Source: a virus. Taken from it: a stretch of 62,857 bases of DNA. Where the stretch lies: the IMG/VR virus record IMGVR_UViG_3300006052_000004, positions 1-62,857 of that record. The stretch is one strand, 5' to 3'. The notes under the pieces are model-generated. The model did not search any database. It worked only from the letters and a program-made list of their open reading frames with translations, and was not told the DNA's origin. Made by a program: the position numbers and the translations under genes. Positions 8,219 to 19,435 of the stretch are shown here, piece after piece. Each line of letters begins with the position of its first letter. Positions within the stretch are counted from its first letter, which is position 1.

Positions 8219-11200
8219 TGGCAATAACTGTTGCGAACCTCATAGCACAGGTGGGCGCCGACCTCTCTCAGTTCCGCATAGGAATGAATGAGGTAGACGC
8301 CCGACTTAACCTTGTCGCGGTTCGCGAGAAACAGACTGTCGGCAGAATACAAGCTTTTCGGGATAGGGCCGCATCACTTGCTGCGGCTGCTGACCAGACT
8401 GCACGCCAACGTGCAGGCATTAACCTCGCCCCATTCCAAGCAGAAGTAGCTGCCAAGACAGCACAATACCAACAGGCAGCACAGAAATTGGCAGATGCCG
8501 CGGCCAAGTTGCAAAGGGGAATGCAACAGCCACGTAATGCCAAGGGTCAATTTGCTGGAGCACCTGATCCTAAGGTCATCGCACAACTCACTAAAGAACT
8601 AGATGCTGCATCTAAGGCAGAGGCTAAGTTTGGTAAGGCTGCAGAGACTGCATCAAAAGCTCTTGAAGCACAGAGAAATAAGGCTGCGGCCTTAGCTGCA
8701 AGAGAGGCACGACAGAGAAATGCAAGTGCTGCCTACTCACAACGAGCTACTGAGTATGATGAAGAAGGTCAGGCGCTTCGTGAAGTAGCCCGAAGATATG
8801 CTGCCCGTCTTGCTCAGAATGCTAACGAACATAGAATTCGTGCCGCGAATGCGGTTGCTGCTGAGTCTACTAAGGCCGGTTTGGCTATCGGCGGAACTTT
8901 GGCCGTTGGTGAAGGTGTTGGTAATGACTTTAATCAGATGATTACGACTGCAGCACATAACACTTCGTTAGGTGCCGCAGGTGTTCAGGAGATGATTAGA
9001 GCTGTCAAAGAACTCGGTGTCGAGAGTGGCGTCGAGATGGACAAACTCGCGGACTCATATCGGAAGATTGAAAACTATGGCTATGGTGCAACTGATGCCA
9101 CGAAGATACTGACAGCCGCGATGAAGGCTTCTGTTGCCTATGGTTCCGATATGTCCGATACTACAGAGGTGCTTACGAAGGCACTCAAGGAATTCGGCAT
9201 ACCTGCCACAAGTGCTGAGCAGGCCATGGGTGTCATGGTTGCGACGTCCAAGAAGTCATCCAAAACCATGGAGGAATTGACAGAGGTCTATGGCAAGATG
9301 TCTGCCACATCTTCCAACCTCGGTATCTCCATGCTTGAGACCTCTGCCGCCTTCATTACATTCACACGCCATGGTCTTGATGGTGCAGAGGCCGCCACCC
9401 AATTTCGTAATGATATTAACAAGATCATCAACCCATCGGCGAAGGTTGTACAGGCACTTAAGAATGTCGGTAAACAGACCGGTGTTGATCTTGTCAAAGA
9501 CTTCTCATCTGTAGGTATCCGTGCCAAAGGCCTTGGTGGTGTCTGGGCAGACATCGAGAAGGCCGCTGACAGACTTGGTGTCAAGGCTACAGACCTTGCT
9601 GTCAAACTCTTCCCACTCCAGAGAGGACAGCTCGGTGCTGCTATCTCTACTGGTACAGGTATGGCCGACTGGGCGAGTGCAATGAAGGAGCTTCGCTCTT
9701 CGGTCAAGGATGGTATCGGCCTACAGCATGATTATGATGAGAGCCTTGCACAGACAAACCAACAGTTCGCCCGACTTAAGAACGCCGCTACTGTCGCTGC
9801 TTCATCCGTGTCAACAGCCTTTGCCCCCGCAGTACAATATCTTGTGACACAGGTAGATACATTAGCTAAGTCATTCAATGGTCTAGGTGAAGGTGAAAAG
9901 ACAGAGATCATCAGGAACGTCGCGCTTGCTGCCGGAGTACTGCTGGTAGCCGGGTATGTCGGCAAGCTGATCGTCGGCATTAACGCATTGAACCAGGCAT
10001 TGATACTAATGGGGGCAAGCGGCAATGTAATAGGCATGACCGGCCTGTCATTCATCACGTCGCCGGCCGTGATAAGTGGCGTGATACTACTTGCTGCGGC
10101 GATTGGTGCACTGTATGTTGCGTACAAGAGCTACCAGCAGCTACAGAACTCTGACCGCGACTCCCGCCGCGACACAATTGCACGCACCCAGGCAACACTC
10201 GACAGCACGCGGGCAGAGTTCTCGCACCAGCAGCAGATAGCCGCTCTTGTGACCGAGTACCAGAACATGCATGACCAGGCAGTCAAGACGCATAAGCCCA
10301 TACAGGGCATGCAGGAGACGCTTGACAAGATTTCCACGCTTGCACCAGAACTGATCGACGGCTATAATGCACAGGGCCATGCGCTAGGACTCTATGCCGA
10401 TGCGGCACAGAATGTCACGGACAAGTTGATTGCCATGGCCGTCGCAGCCCGTGCATCTGAGGTCTCACAGAGGAACCTGCAACTTGCACAACTCGGCGAA
10501 CAGATGAATGAGCAGGGTCATCAGGTTGCACAACTCCGTATCCAGGCTGCAGACCTTGGTGGTCTACATCATCGGCGTGGTGGTCCTATCACTGGTGGTG
10601 ATCCTACACAAATAGCCAATGTCAATGCCCAACTGAGAGAGGCAACTGGTACTCTGGAACAGACTTGGCAGAAGTATAAGAACCTACAGAATTCCATCAG
10701 CGACACATTTAAGATACCTGACAATGCTGAGGCCGCACGTAGTCGTGGTTCAAATCAGCTAGGTCAAGACCTTGTACTTCTCACACAGAGATACAAAGAG
10801 GCAAAGAATGCTGTTGTTGAATACGAACGTGCACATAAGCATCCTGCAGGTGATGATTATGCAGGTCTGCTTATTCGACGTACCCAGGCAGCAAAACAAT
10901 TGCAGGTTGTACAAGGTGAAATCAAGACACGCGAGTCATTGATGGGCGATCCTTATGGTGCCAATAAGTATGCGACTGCCTCGGGTAATGACAAACTTGC
11001 TGGCATCTATGACAAGGATAAGAAGTCAAAGAAGGCAAAAGAGAACGAGCAAGACAAGCTTGGTGATGACTACCAACGGTACATCGAAGGACTGCGCCAG
11101 CAGATGTTCGATATGCAGAACCTCAATGCCGACAAGAGTAATTCGGATGAGGTCAAGGCACGTTGGGAGATCATGGAGCATGGGCTTGTCACTGTCAATG

Positions 11201-12909
11201 GTGCGGTGAAGAAGCTTAGTGGTTCATTTATCAACCTGTCAGATGCAGAGAAGAATGTAGCTGTCGAGACAGCTAAGGCCGCCGACAAGATGCGTATCAT
11301 GGAGGCGCAGACCAATAAGTACCAGGCGCTTCTTGATACAAACCGTGAGAAGTCATATACCCTTCGGCGTACACAAAGTGGTAAGAAACTTAGTGCACAA
11401 CAGATAGAACAACTGAAGCTTCAGGCCGGTGACTATGGCAAAGAATATGGCGATCATGCTATAGATGCATTTGCTTCTAATATGAAGTCGCTTGATCTAT
11501 CTGACAAAGACCATTCTGATGATGCTGTTGCTCGTATCAAAGAACAGACACAGAAGAAGGCAACAGATAATCTTGAGGTATACCATCAGGTACTCAAGGA
11601 GATTATGGATGACCAAATAACGTTTACCGTCCTTGGTAAAGATGCAGCAGAAGAACTTGCGAGGAATGCACAGGCATCTGCTGATGCCGCTGATGGTGCC
11701 AAAGAATACGATAGTATCATAAAGGGTCAGACTACAACACTTGACAAACTTAAGATTGAATATGGTAACTTCGGCGAACTGTCAGAGGCAACTCTATTAG
11801 GTCTCGAATTGCAGACTGAACAGTATCGTAATCTGACACAGGCACAAAGAGATCATATAATCGAGACAGCAAAAGAGATTGACCACCAGAAGCAGTTGAA
11901 TGATGCTGCTCGTGCGCATGAAGACATCACACAGTCACTCAAGTCACAGGTGGAAAAATCGGCTGATACGTTACGTGCCGTATATGACCCTGAAGGTGCC
12001 AAACGTGCTGAGTTCTCACGGCAGGAGATGGACAAATACGACAAGGCACATAAAGGTGGTATACCTGCTACCGATCGTTCGGCAGTACAGGCCGAAGTAG
12101 ATGCTGCCTATAGTGCCATGGAGGCCAATAACAAATTGGCCTTAAAACTGGAAGAAGTCCAGAAGATCATGGATGATGTGAAGAAGTCAACTTCTGAAAT
12201 GACAGACTCGCTTAAGATCAACACAGATGGCGTCAAGATCAGTAATACGCAATGGAACGAACTCAGTAAGGGGCAACAGCAGATAGTCCTTGAGTTCCAG
12301 CGACTTGTGGCCGTCAAGACCGAAGTCGACAGTATGCTCAAAGGTGTTGAGGATCTGTTCTCAAAGACACTTGATAATATTAAGCAGAAAGGTTTTAAGA
12401 ACTTCTTTGCTGACATCATCAGTGGGTTCGATGACATGCTGTTCCAGTTGGCCAACAAGTGGGTGACATCTCAGTTCGCACAACTAATCAATGGTGGACT
12501 TGGCAACCTGCTAACAGGTCTGCTCGGTGGCACAACAAGCACGGCCTCTGCGGCTGGTGATGCAGCTGGTCTGATAGGTGGTGGTCTTGGTGCGATATTC
12601 GGTATGGGTACACCAATCGCATCAGATGGTGGTGGCCTAGCCTCTACACTTGGTAGTTTTAATTTTGGTGGCTTCCTTGCCAGTGGCGGACCAGCGTGGG
12701 CCAATGGTTCATACATAGTCGGCGAGAATGGTCCTGAGATATTCACTCCTAGACAGAGCGGAGTCGTGACACCGAATGGTTCAATCGGTGGCAACACCAC
12801 TGTTCATGTACATGTCTATGGTGTGAGCAATCCACAGGCATTTCAACAATCATCGCACCAAGTGATGCAATCGGCATCACGTGCCATACAGGCCACACAG
12901 AGAAGATAA
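8218..12909 (+). CDS. Tail tape measure protein
   Basis: 1563 aa, coiled-coil rich. It has a TP901-type core (NQMITTAAHNTSLGAAGVQEMI...), central TM segments and a Gly-rich C-terminus. Confidence 0.9.
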   Translation: MAITVANLIAQVGADLSQFRIGMNEVDARLNLVAVREKQTVGRIQAFRDRAASLAAAADQTARQRAGINLAPFQAEVAAKTAQYQQAAQKLADAAAKLQRGMQQPRNAKGQFAGAPDPKVIAQLTKELDAASKAEAKFGKAAETASKALEAQRNKAAALAAREARQRNASAAYSQRATEYDEEGQALREVARRYAARLAQNANEHRIRAANAVAAESTKAGLAIGGTLAVGEGVGNDFNQMITTAAHNTSLGAAGVQEMIRAVKELGVESGVEMDKLADSYRKIENYGYGATDATKILTAAMKASVAYGSDMSDTTEVLTKALKEFGIPATSAEQAMGVMVATSKKSSKTMEELTEVYGKMSATSSNLGISMLETSAAFITFTRHGLDGAEAATQFRNDINKIINPSAKVVQALKNVGKQTGVDLVKDFSSVGIRAKGLGGVWADIEKAADRLGVKATDLAVKLFPLQRGQLGAAISTGTGMADWASAMKELRSSVKDGIGLQHDYDESLAQTNQQFARLKNAATVAASSVSTAFAPAVQYLVTQVDTLAKSFNGLGEGEKTEIIRNVALAAGVLLVAGYVGKLIVGINALNQALILMGASGNVIGMTGLSFITSPAVISGVILLAAAIGALYVAYKSYQQLQNSDRDSRRDTIARTQATLDSTRAEFSHQQQIAALVTEYQNMHDQAVKTHKPIQGMQETLDKISTLAPELIDGYNAQGHALGLYADAAQNVTDKLIAMAVAARASEVSQRNLQLAQLGEQMNEQGHQVAQLRIQAADLGGLHHRRGGPITGGDPTQIANVNAQLREATGTLEQTWQKYKNLQNSISDTFKIPDNAEAARSRGSNQLGQDLVLLTQRYKEAKNAVVEYERAHKHPAGDDYAGLLIRRTQAAKQLQVVQGEIKTRESLMGDPYGANKYATASGNDKLAGIYDKDKKSKKAKENEQDKLGDDYQRYIEGLRQQMFDMQNLNADKSNSDEVKARWEIMEHGLVTVNGAVKKLSGSFINLSDAEKNVAVETAKAADKMRIMEAQTNKYQALLDTNREKSYTLRRTQSGKKLSAQQIEQLKLQAGDYGKEYGDHAIDAFASNMKSLDLSDKDHSDDAVARIKEQTQKKATDNLEVYHQVLKEIMDDQITFTVLGKDAAEELARNAQASADAADGAKEYDSIIKGQTTTLDKLKIEYGNFGELSEATLLGLELQTEQYRNLTQAQRDHIIETAKEIDHQKQLNDAARAHEDITQSLKSQVEKSADTLRAVYDPEGAKRAEFSRQEMDKYDKAHKGGIPATDRSAVQAEVDAAYSAMEANNKLALKLEEVQKIMDDVKKSTSEMTDSLKINTDGVKISNTQWNELSKGQQQIVLEFQRLVAVKTEVDSMLKGVEDLFSKTLDNIKQKGFKNFFADIISGFDDMLFQLANKWVTSQFAQLINGGLGNLLTGLLGGTTSTASAAGDAAGLIGGGLGAIFGMGTPIASDGGGLASTLGSFNFGGFLASGGPAWANGSYIVGENGPEIFTPRQSGVVTPNGSIGGNTTVHVHVYGVSNPQAFQQSSHQVMQSASRAIQATQRR

Positions 12910-12910
12910 C

Positions 12911-13492
12911 ATGACTTCATTCCATGAGATACAATTTCCTGTAAACTATGCGAATGGCACACAAGGTGGGCCAATGTATTCCACCCGTGTGGTCGTGGCT
13001 GACTCTGGTTCAGAGCAGAGGGTGCAGATGTGGTCTAATGCAAGGCTTCGTTACGAGATTGGTTATACTGCTAACCCGACTGACATGCAGACCATCCTCA
13101 CATTCTTCCGTGCCCGTAAGGGTCGTCTGTATGGTTTCAGGTTTCGCGATTGGTCAGACTATCAGGCCAGCCATGAGGCACTCGTGGCTGGATCTACGAT
13201 GCAGTTACAGAAGACATACACTGATGGGGTGAATACCGAGATACGTGCGATTAAGAAGCCATGTAATGACTCATCGGTGATCCTATATGACAATGGCTCG
13301 TCGACAACATTCACACTAGACTACACCACAGGTCTTATCACCCCGACGTCTTTCAATGCAGGCCATACATATACATGGTCAGGCAACTTTGATACACCGG
13401 TCAGGTTCGACATCGACCAACTTGTATTCTCTCAGGACAATGTTGGGTCACGAAGCCTACAGTCAACACCATTAATAGAGGTCTTGATATGA
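12911..13492 (+). CDS. Distal tail protein, DUF2460 / RcGTA g12-like
   Basis: The N-terminus FHEIQFPVNYANGTQGGPMYSTRVVVADSGSEQR matches the DUF2460/TIGR02217 signature. ATG at 12911 follows the tape measure stop. Confidence 0.8.
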   Translation: MTSFHEIQFPVNYANGTQGGPMYSTRVVVADSGSEQRVQMWSNARLRYEIGYTANPTDMQTILTFFRARKGRLYGFRFRDWSDYQASHEALVAGSTMQLQKTYTDGVNTEIRAIKKPCNDSSVILYDNGSSTTFTLDYTTGLITPTSFNAGHTYTWSGNFDTPVRFDIDQLVFSQDNVGSRSLQSTPLIEVLI

Positions 13493-15417
13493 GTGTACAG
13501 TTAGACACGTCATGGCCTGGAAGTCATGGCACGGCATTGACAGCCTCTACACCTGCGATCGGATCGGCATTTACATTCTCAACCGGTGACAATGATGCTG
13601 TACTGGTCGGCAATGGCTTCGTGAGAATGGGAGTACATAATGTCGACTCGATATACCTCTGCCCGAGTACGTCGAATGGTGTTCTCATCGACGTATCGTT
13701 TGGCATCTTATGCCTATCGGACCTTGTACAGGACACACTCATCTCGGTATGTCTTGCGTCAGGTCAACAGATACAAGCCGGCATCAAGTGGGGCTCTCAG
13801 GCACAATGGTCTCTATACGCGCAAGGTCCTTCGGCTCCTTTCGGCAGCTACGCTACATTTGTAAATGTCAATCCTGCGGTTGGCCGTACATATATTTGTC
13901 GTCTAATCGTCACGCCATACTTCTCGAAGTTTTATGTCGATGGTGTTTTAGTGGCGACGAATTCTGGTACAGATGGACTTGGTATAGTACCTACAGCACC
14001 AGGTACACTTGCTTTAATTTTGAGTGGTGCACCTGGTGTGACAGATACAACTGGATACCAATTAGGTCGTGTGAGATACAAATCTGCAAACCCACGGCCG
14101 GCCGGCCGCAACATACCATCTGCGCTTAATACGACACTTCAAGGCGAGGTCATGAGTCTTGCGATGTGCATTAAGGTGGTGCGTGGTGATGGTACCATCT
14201 TTGGGTTCACAACACATGACCAAGACATAACACTGTCAGGTCAGGTATATGAGGCGATGTCGGCTACACAATCGACAAACATACGCCAAGAGGTCGGTGG
14301 GTCTCCTGACAACCTGGACGTTACAGGACTTTTGTCTTCTGACAAAATAACAGAGACGGACTTACGGGCCGGGTTGTATGACAATGCTGCCATTACCATA
14401 TACCTGTGTGACTGGTCGAACCCGTCAAATGGTTCGGTAATCTTACTAAGGGGGAATATAGGCGATGTAAGTCTACAAGATAATCAGTATACAGCTTCTG
14501 TGCGATCAATAATGCAGAGATACCAACAGCAGGTGGGTGAAGTATGTTCACCTACCTGCCGTGTGTTCCACCTCGGTGATAGTAGATGTAAGTTCAATCT
14601 TGCTGGTACAACAGTAGATACGAATAATGCTACCACCACGGGTGCCACAGTAACATCAATAGATGATCCGAATACCATCCATCTAAGTGGTATGGTATCT
14701 GCCGTTGGTTATTATGCCTATGGTCTGATTACATCTACATCAGGTCTGAACTCCGGCTATAGTCGTGAGATTAAGACGCACTCAAATAACAATGATCCTG
14801 ATGAGGTTTTGGTTGCACCGACCACAGCAACATTCTCGAACCTGGCATATAAAGATCCATTAGATTTCAGTACATCTGTATCACCGGTTTTCAATATACC
14901 TGCTGGTGTATGGAGTTCTGCATCATTATTACTGAATTCATCATGGAGTCTGATCCATACACTCTCACCAGGTACAGATGAACTCACTGTCCAATTTCCT
15001 GTAGGTGGAGCCAATGATGTCGTACTTAGATCGGCATCAGGTAGTTCTCAATATACAGATGCGTTTCAATTCGGAAGTGATGTAGTCACTGCGATTAATC
15101 TCGCAGCAGGTTCTACACTAACAGCAGGTATACGGCATACAGCACCATCACATAATGGTGCACCATTCTTCCATATCAATGTGGATAATATATTCATACA
15201 ATTGATCGGATATAAGGCCGGTACATCTGATCGACTTGTTCTGCATGAACCATTCCCATTTCCTGTACAGGTCGGTGATACATTCACAGTGGTGACTGGT
15301 TGTGATCGTTTGATCTCTACCTGTAGTGCGAAGTTTAACAATGTCGTTAATTTCCGCGGCGAACCTAATGTACCAGGTATCGACAAACTAATGCAGGTTG
15401 GGAGGCCACCATCATAA
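13489..15417 (+). CDS. Tail hub protein, DUF2163 + BR0599 C-terminal domain (RcGTA g13-like), with about 200-aa extra N-terminal domain and an internal insertion
   Basis: AMCIKVVRGDGTIFGFTTHDQDITLSGQVYEA (DUF2163) and the C-terminal GCDRLISTCSAKFNNVVNFRGEPNVPG (BR0599 motif). Confidence 0.8.
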   Translation: MSVQLDTSWPGSHGTALTASTPAIGSAFTFSTGDNDAVLVGNGFVRMGVHNVDSIYLCPSTSNGVLIDVSFGILCLSDLVQDTLISVCLASGQQIQAGIKWGSQAQWSLYAQGPSAPFGSYATFVNVNPAVGRTYICRLIVTPYFSKFYVDGVLVATNSGTDGLGIVPTAPGTLALILSGAPGVTDTTGYQLGRVRYKSANPRPAGRNIPSALNTTLQGEVMSLAMCIKVVRGDGTIFGFTTHDQDITLSGQVYEAMSATQSTNIRQEVGGSPDNLDVTGLLSSDKITETDLRAGLYDNAAITIYLCDWSNPSNGSVILLRGNIGDVSLQDNQYTASVRSIMQRYQQQVGEVCSPTCRVFHLGDSRCKFNLAGTTVDTNNATTTGATVTSIDDPNTIHLSGMVSAVGYYAYGLITSTSGLNSGYSREIKTHSNNNDPDEVLVAPTTATFSNLAYKDPLDFSTSVSPVFNIPAGVWSSASLLLNSSWSLIHTLSPGTDELTVQFPVGGANDVVLRSASGSSQYTDAFQFGSDVVTAINLAAGSTLTAGIRHTAPSHNGAPFFHINVDNIFIQLIGYKAGTSDRLVLHEPFPFPVQVGDTFTVVTGCDRLISTCSAKFNNVVNFRGEPNVPGIDKLMQVGRPPS

Positions 15418-15860
15418 TGGAACTAACAGAACATGAGAGAACTGTGATGGTTACATGGGCACGTACACATATTGGTGTGCCATTCTTTCATGCCGGCAGG
15501 AATGAGAACGGACTAGACTGCATCGGCCTTGTCATCGCCGCAGCCGCAGCCGCAAATGTGTTCATACTTGACGATCAGTCGTATTCACCCATAGTCAATG
15601 CAGAGTATCTGTGGAAGCGCCTGCGTGATACATGCGACATAGTCATGGACTTTGAACTACTATTGCCAGGCGACATTATCTTGTTCAACATCGCGGCATC
15701 ACCACAACATGTTGCCATGGTCACAGAGCCATATCCTAACATCATGATTATCCATGCCTTCCAGACTGTTGGTCATGTCGTCGAACATGAGTTGGATAGA
15801 CACTGGGATCGGCGTATCGTCGGTCTGTATCGACCTGTCAACTTCAGGAGAGGTGTCTAA
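15417..15860 (+). CDS. NlpC/P60 family tail-associated cell wall peptidase (RcGTA g14-like)
   Basis: Catalytic Cys context GLDCIGLV and His context QHVAMV. It holds the conserved position after the hub gene. Confidence 0.75.
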   Translation: MELTEHERTVMVTWARTHIGVPFFHAGRNENGLDCIGLVIAAAAAANVFILDDQSYSPIVNAEYLWKRLRDTCDIVMDFELLLPGDIILFNIAASPQHVAMVTEPYPNIMIIHAFQTVGHVVEHELDRHWDRRIVGLYRPVNFRRGV

Positions 15861-17941
15861 TGGCAACCCTTGCACTCGGTGCTGTAGGAGCAGGTTTAGG
15901 GTTCCTGGCAGGTGGTCCTGCGGGTGCCCAACTTGGCTTTAACATCGGTGCTTTGGTTGGTGGCATACTATTTGCGAAACATCCAGAGAGGGGGAAGCTC
16001 GATGACCTACATACGACGGGTAGTACATACGGGGCTTTTATTCCATCTGTGTATGGGGCAACTCGCGTTGGTGCTAACCTTATTTGGGCAACGGACTTGG
16101 TGGAGCACAAATCAAATGTGTCTGCAAAGGGCGGTGGCCCTACAGTCACTAACTACACTTACACTTGTTCTTTCGCTGTGTCTGTTTGCCGTGGGCCTAT
16201 ATATGGTATTAGACGAATTTGGGCCGAAGACTTGCTCATCTATGATAGCACAGAGTCCCCCACATCCGGATACACCATAACCATATACAACGGTGATGAG
16301 GCACAGACGCCGAACTCATTGATGCAATCATTCATCGGTTCTGGTCTTACTCCTGCATTCCGTGGGCAGGCATATGTTGTATTCCAAGACCTCGACCTTA
16401 CAAACTGGGGCAATCGTATACCGTCGATGTCATTCGAGTTATTGCCCGATCCTTATGCACCGAATACGGTATATGATGTACTGGCAGATATGGCCAATCA
16501 GTGCGGTCTCACCGAAGGAACAGATTATGATTTCGGTGATGCCTATGATGATTGTATCGGATATGCCGTGTTCACACGTGAGCCGGCCTACTCATGTGTG
16601 CAATCATTACTCGAAGTATTTGCAATTGATGTGGTTGAGTATGATGGGATGCTCAAGGCGGTTCGCCGTGGCGAGACATCGATAGGGCATGTGACACAGC
16701 CTGATATGGGTTGTCATGAATGGTCTCCAGGCTCAGAGGCACCTGCGATCATTACATCACACCGCATGTCAGACTTGTCATTACCATTCCGTGTCGATGT
16801 GGCATATTATTCACAGGAGAGATTGTATACATCATCACTACAGAGTGATATTCGTCATAGTCGCCAATCTGTACAAGATGCGCAGACTGTGAATACCACT
16901 CTGACGATGGATGACATCAGTGCAAGGAAGGCAGCCTCTCGTATACTTGACACTAAGTGGTTGGAGCGAGAGACGCACGAAGTATCGCTTGGGTTCAAGT
17001 GGCTATACCTTTCGCCGGCCGCACCGTTCACACTCGATGTAGACTCATCGAATACAATCCGTGTCCGCGTCAATCAGGTAGACATATCTGCCTTCGGTGT
17101 ACTCGCTTTCAATGTAGTCCGTGATGGTTCGGCGAACACAATCTCTGGTCCATATGGTGGGTACATGCAGCAGAATGCCCCTGGTGGTATATCTAAGGCT
17201 GCGACACAGACAACATCATCTGTCGGCGTACCCACAGAATTCGATGCCTATTCTGGTCTTGAGTTCTCAGATGCAGATGGCCTATTCCCCGGGTTCTATG
17301 TTATTGCCACCGGTGGTACAGGTTGGGCTGGTGCTACAATCTATTACTCTACAGATGGTGGTACGACATGGACAATGGGTGGTCAGATAACACAACGTGG
17401 TGATTTCGGTACCGCGACTAATACTCTGGCTGATGGGACCATAGCAGATGGTATCGACAGCACAAATACTCTCGATGTGCAGTTGAATAATATAGGGACA
17501 CTTGCATCATGTGCCGCGACAGATATTGGTAATGGCATTAATGCGGCACTATGTGGACTTGAAATGATAGGTTTCCAGAATGTAGCCGCGGGCTCTGGTA
17601 ATCTTGCATTCGACCTTACTACATTGACACGTGGCAGACGCGGTTCATCAATGACAGGCCACTCGTCAGGAGAGAGGTTCTGGCATGTCACGACTGCAGT
17701 TGTTCGTGTTCCGGTGGCATCGACGCTTATTGGTTCAACGATCCTCGTTAAGGCGGTCTCGCCTGGTCAGGCGTTGTCTACTGCGATTGCTGTCTCTGTG
17801 ACGATCGCCGCGAATAACTACCCATATGCCACACCAAGTGATGCGGCTAATGCACCTGGCAGACCGATCATGACCAATGGTGATCCTGTTGGTCCGACCA
17901 TTTTGTTCGAGGATGGTGTTGTACTAATCTCGGAAGGGTGA
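15860..17941 (+). CDS. Host specificity / central tail fibre protein (gpJ / RcGTA g15-like)
   Basis: The Gly/Ala-rich N-terminus MATLALGAVGAGLGFLAGGPAGAQLG is typical of g15-like proteins. 693 aa, downstream of g12-g14 homologs. Confidence 0.7.
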   Translation: MATLALGAVGAGLGFLAGGPAGAQLGFNIGALVGGILFAKHPERGKLDDLHTTGSTYGAFIPSVYGATRVGANLIWATDLVEHKSNVSAKGGGPTVTNYTYTCSFAVSVCRGPIYGIRRIWAEDLLIYDSTESPTSGYTITIYNGDEAQTPNSLMQSFIGSGLTPAFRGQAYVVFQDLDLTNWGNRIPSMSFELLPDPYAPNTVYDVLADMANQCGLTEGTDYDFGDAYDDCIGYAVFTREPAYSCVQSLLEVFAIDVVEYDGMLKAVRRGETSIGHVTQPDMGCHEWSPGSEAPAIITSHRMSDLSLPFRVDVAYYSQERLYTSSLQSDIRHSRQSVQDAQTVNTTLTMDDISARKAASRILDTKWLERETHEVSLGFKWLYLSPAAPFTLDVDSSNTIRVRVNQVDISAFGVLAFNVVRDGSANTISGPYGGYMQQNAPGGISKAATQTTSSVGVPTEFDAYSGLEFSDADGLFPGFYVIATGGTGWAGATIYYSTDGGTTWTMGGQITQRGDFGTATNTLADGTIADGIDSTNTLDVQLNNIGTLASCAATDIGNGINAALCGLEMIGFQNVAAGSGNLAFDLTTLTRGRRGSSMTGHSSGERFWHVTTAVVRVPVASTLIGSTILVKAVSPGQALSTAIAVSVTIAANNYPYATPSDAANAPGRPIMTNGDPVGPTILFEDGVVLISEG

Positions 17942-17944
17942 TAC

Positions 17945-18994
17945 ATGACACTAGAAAGCAGACATCAATATGCTGCAGAGAACCATCGCCTAGAGAGGTT
18001 CGTGTTCGCTAATTCAACAACACGGGCAGCCGGGTCTGGCCTGACAACACCTTCTGGTATAGCATATACAATCGTATCGGCCGACATCGGACAGGTCGCA
18101 TATGAGACTGCAACTAATACATACTGGCGATTAACAGGTGTCGGACCTCTGGCATGGTTACAGTTGACGGGATCTGGCGCACCGGCATCACCAACAGGTG
18201 CCGCAGGTGGTGATCTTGCAGGTACATATCCTAACCCAACACTTGCAACTACGGCAGTGACAGCTGCCTCGTATGGTGCGTCTGACCATACACTTACATT
18301 GACAGTCGATGCCAAGGGTCGTCTCACCGCCGCTGCATCTGTGTCTATTTCTATAGCCGAGTCGCAGGTCACAGGCTTGACGGCGGACATTGCCGCACTT
18401 GTCAGGAAAGATGGTACGACGCCATTTACAGGCGACCAATCAATGGGCACACATAAATTGACGAATGTTGTCGATCCTGTGAGTGCCCAAGATGCGGCCA
18501 CAAAGAACTGGGTATTATCACAACTCGCCGGTGAGGTTGTCTATCAGGGTGTATGGAATGCCTCCACGAACTCACCAACACTTGTCAGTGGTACTGGTAC
18601 TAATGGACAATACTATCGTGTAGGTACAGCCGGTACTACTACCATTGATGGTATCTCTCTATGGAATGTCGGCGATCTAATCATCTTTAATGGCACAGTA
18701 TGGGAGCATGTGACAGGTGTCACACCGAATGCTACCACATCTGCTGTCGGCGTCATACAACTTGCCAATGATCTCGCAGGTACGGCAACAGCACCTACTG
18801 TCCCTGAAGTCAGGAATGCACGTGTATCTTCTCTCTATGGTACATATGCCACACTGTTAGCAAGACTCGAAGCGATAGAAAGTGCATTGAAATCTGGATG
18901 GCTATGGCCAAGTACAGGCATAGATGCACTGCAACTCGACTTCTCACGTGTCGAGGACTCGCAATATCTTATCGGTATCGGTACAGGACTATAA
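17945..18994 (+). CDS. Tail fibre protein
   Basis: Motifs GDLAGTYPNPTL and VDPVSAQDAATKNWV are common in phage tail fibres. Confidence 0.65.
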   Translation: MTLESRHQYAAENHRLERFVFANSTTRAAGSGLTTPSGIAYTIVSADIGQVAYETATNTYWRLTGVGPLAWLQLTGSGAPASPTGAAGGDLAGTYPNPTLATTAVTAASYGASDHTLTLTVDAKGRLTAAASVSISIAESQVTGLTADIAALVRKDGTTPFTGDQSMGTHKLTNVVDPVSAQDAATKNWVLSQLAGEVVYQGVWNASTNSPTLVSGTGTNGQYYRVGTAGTTTIDGISLWNVGDLIIFNGTVWEHVTGVTPNATTSAVGVIQLANDLAGTATAPTVPEVRNARVSSLYGTYATLLARLEAIESALKSGWLWPSTGIDALQLDFSRVEDSQYLIGIGTGL

Positions 18995-19003
18995 GGAGAA
19001 AAC

Positions 19004-19435
19004 ATGTCAAGTATACCAATCAAAGATGGCTCAGGAACGACACAGAATGCACGTGTTGTCAATAATGGTACAGACATTGTACCACAGCAAGGCAGGGCGG
19101 CCCAGCCAGCCGCCAGTGGCAACACAAACACTGCATCGGCGAACACCGCAGTTGTTGTCACCCTTGCCGCCGCCGGTGCCAGCATATACAATATACTCGC
19201 CGGTGTGTATTGGTCGTACTCTGGTGGTACACCTGCAGGTTCGATCAAGATCGAAGACGTCAGTGGTACGACAGTCTTTCAGGCTGACATCACCGCCGCC
19301 GGTCCTGGCTTCTTCATGTTCGATCCACCGATCAGGAATGCTGTTGCCAACCATGCACTAATCATTACATTGGCCGCTGCTGGTTCTGGTGTGATCGGCA
19401 AGCTCAGTGTACATGCCTGGACGGAGACCATCTAA
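19004..19435 (+). CDS. Hypothetical tail-associated protein
   Basis: 143-aa ORF with AGGAGAA RBS, in the fibre cluster. Confidence 0.6.
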   Translation: MSSIPIKDGSGTTQNARVVNNGTDIVPQQGRAAQPAASGNTNTASANTAVVVTLAAAGASIYNILAGVYWSYSGGTPAGSIKIEDVSGTTVFQADITAAGPGFFMFDPPIRNAVANHALIITLAAAGSGVIGKLSVHAWTETI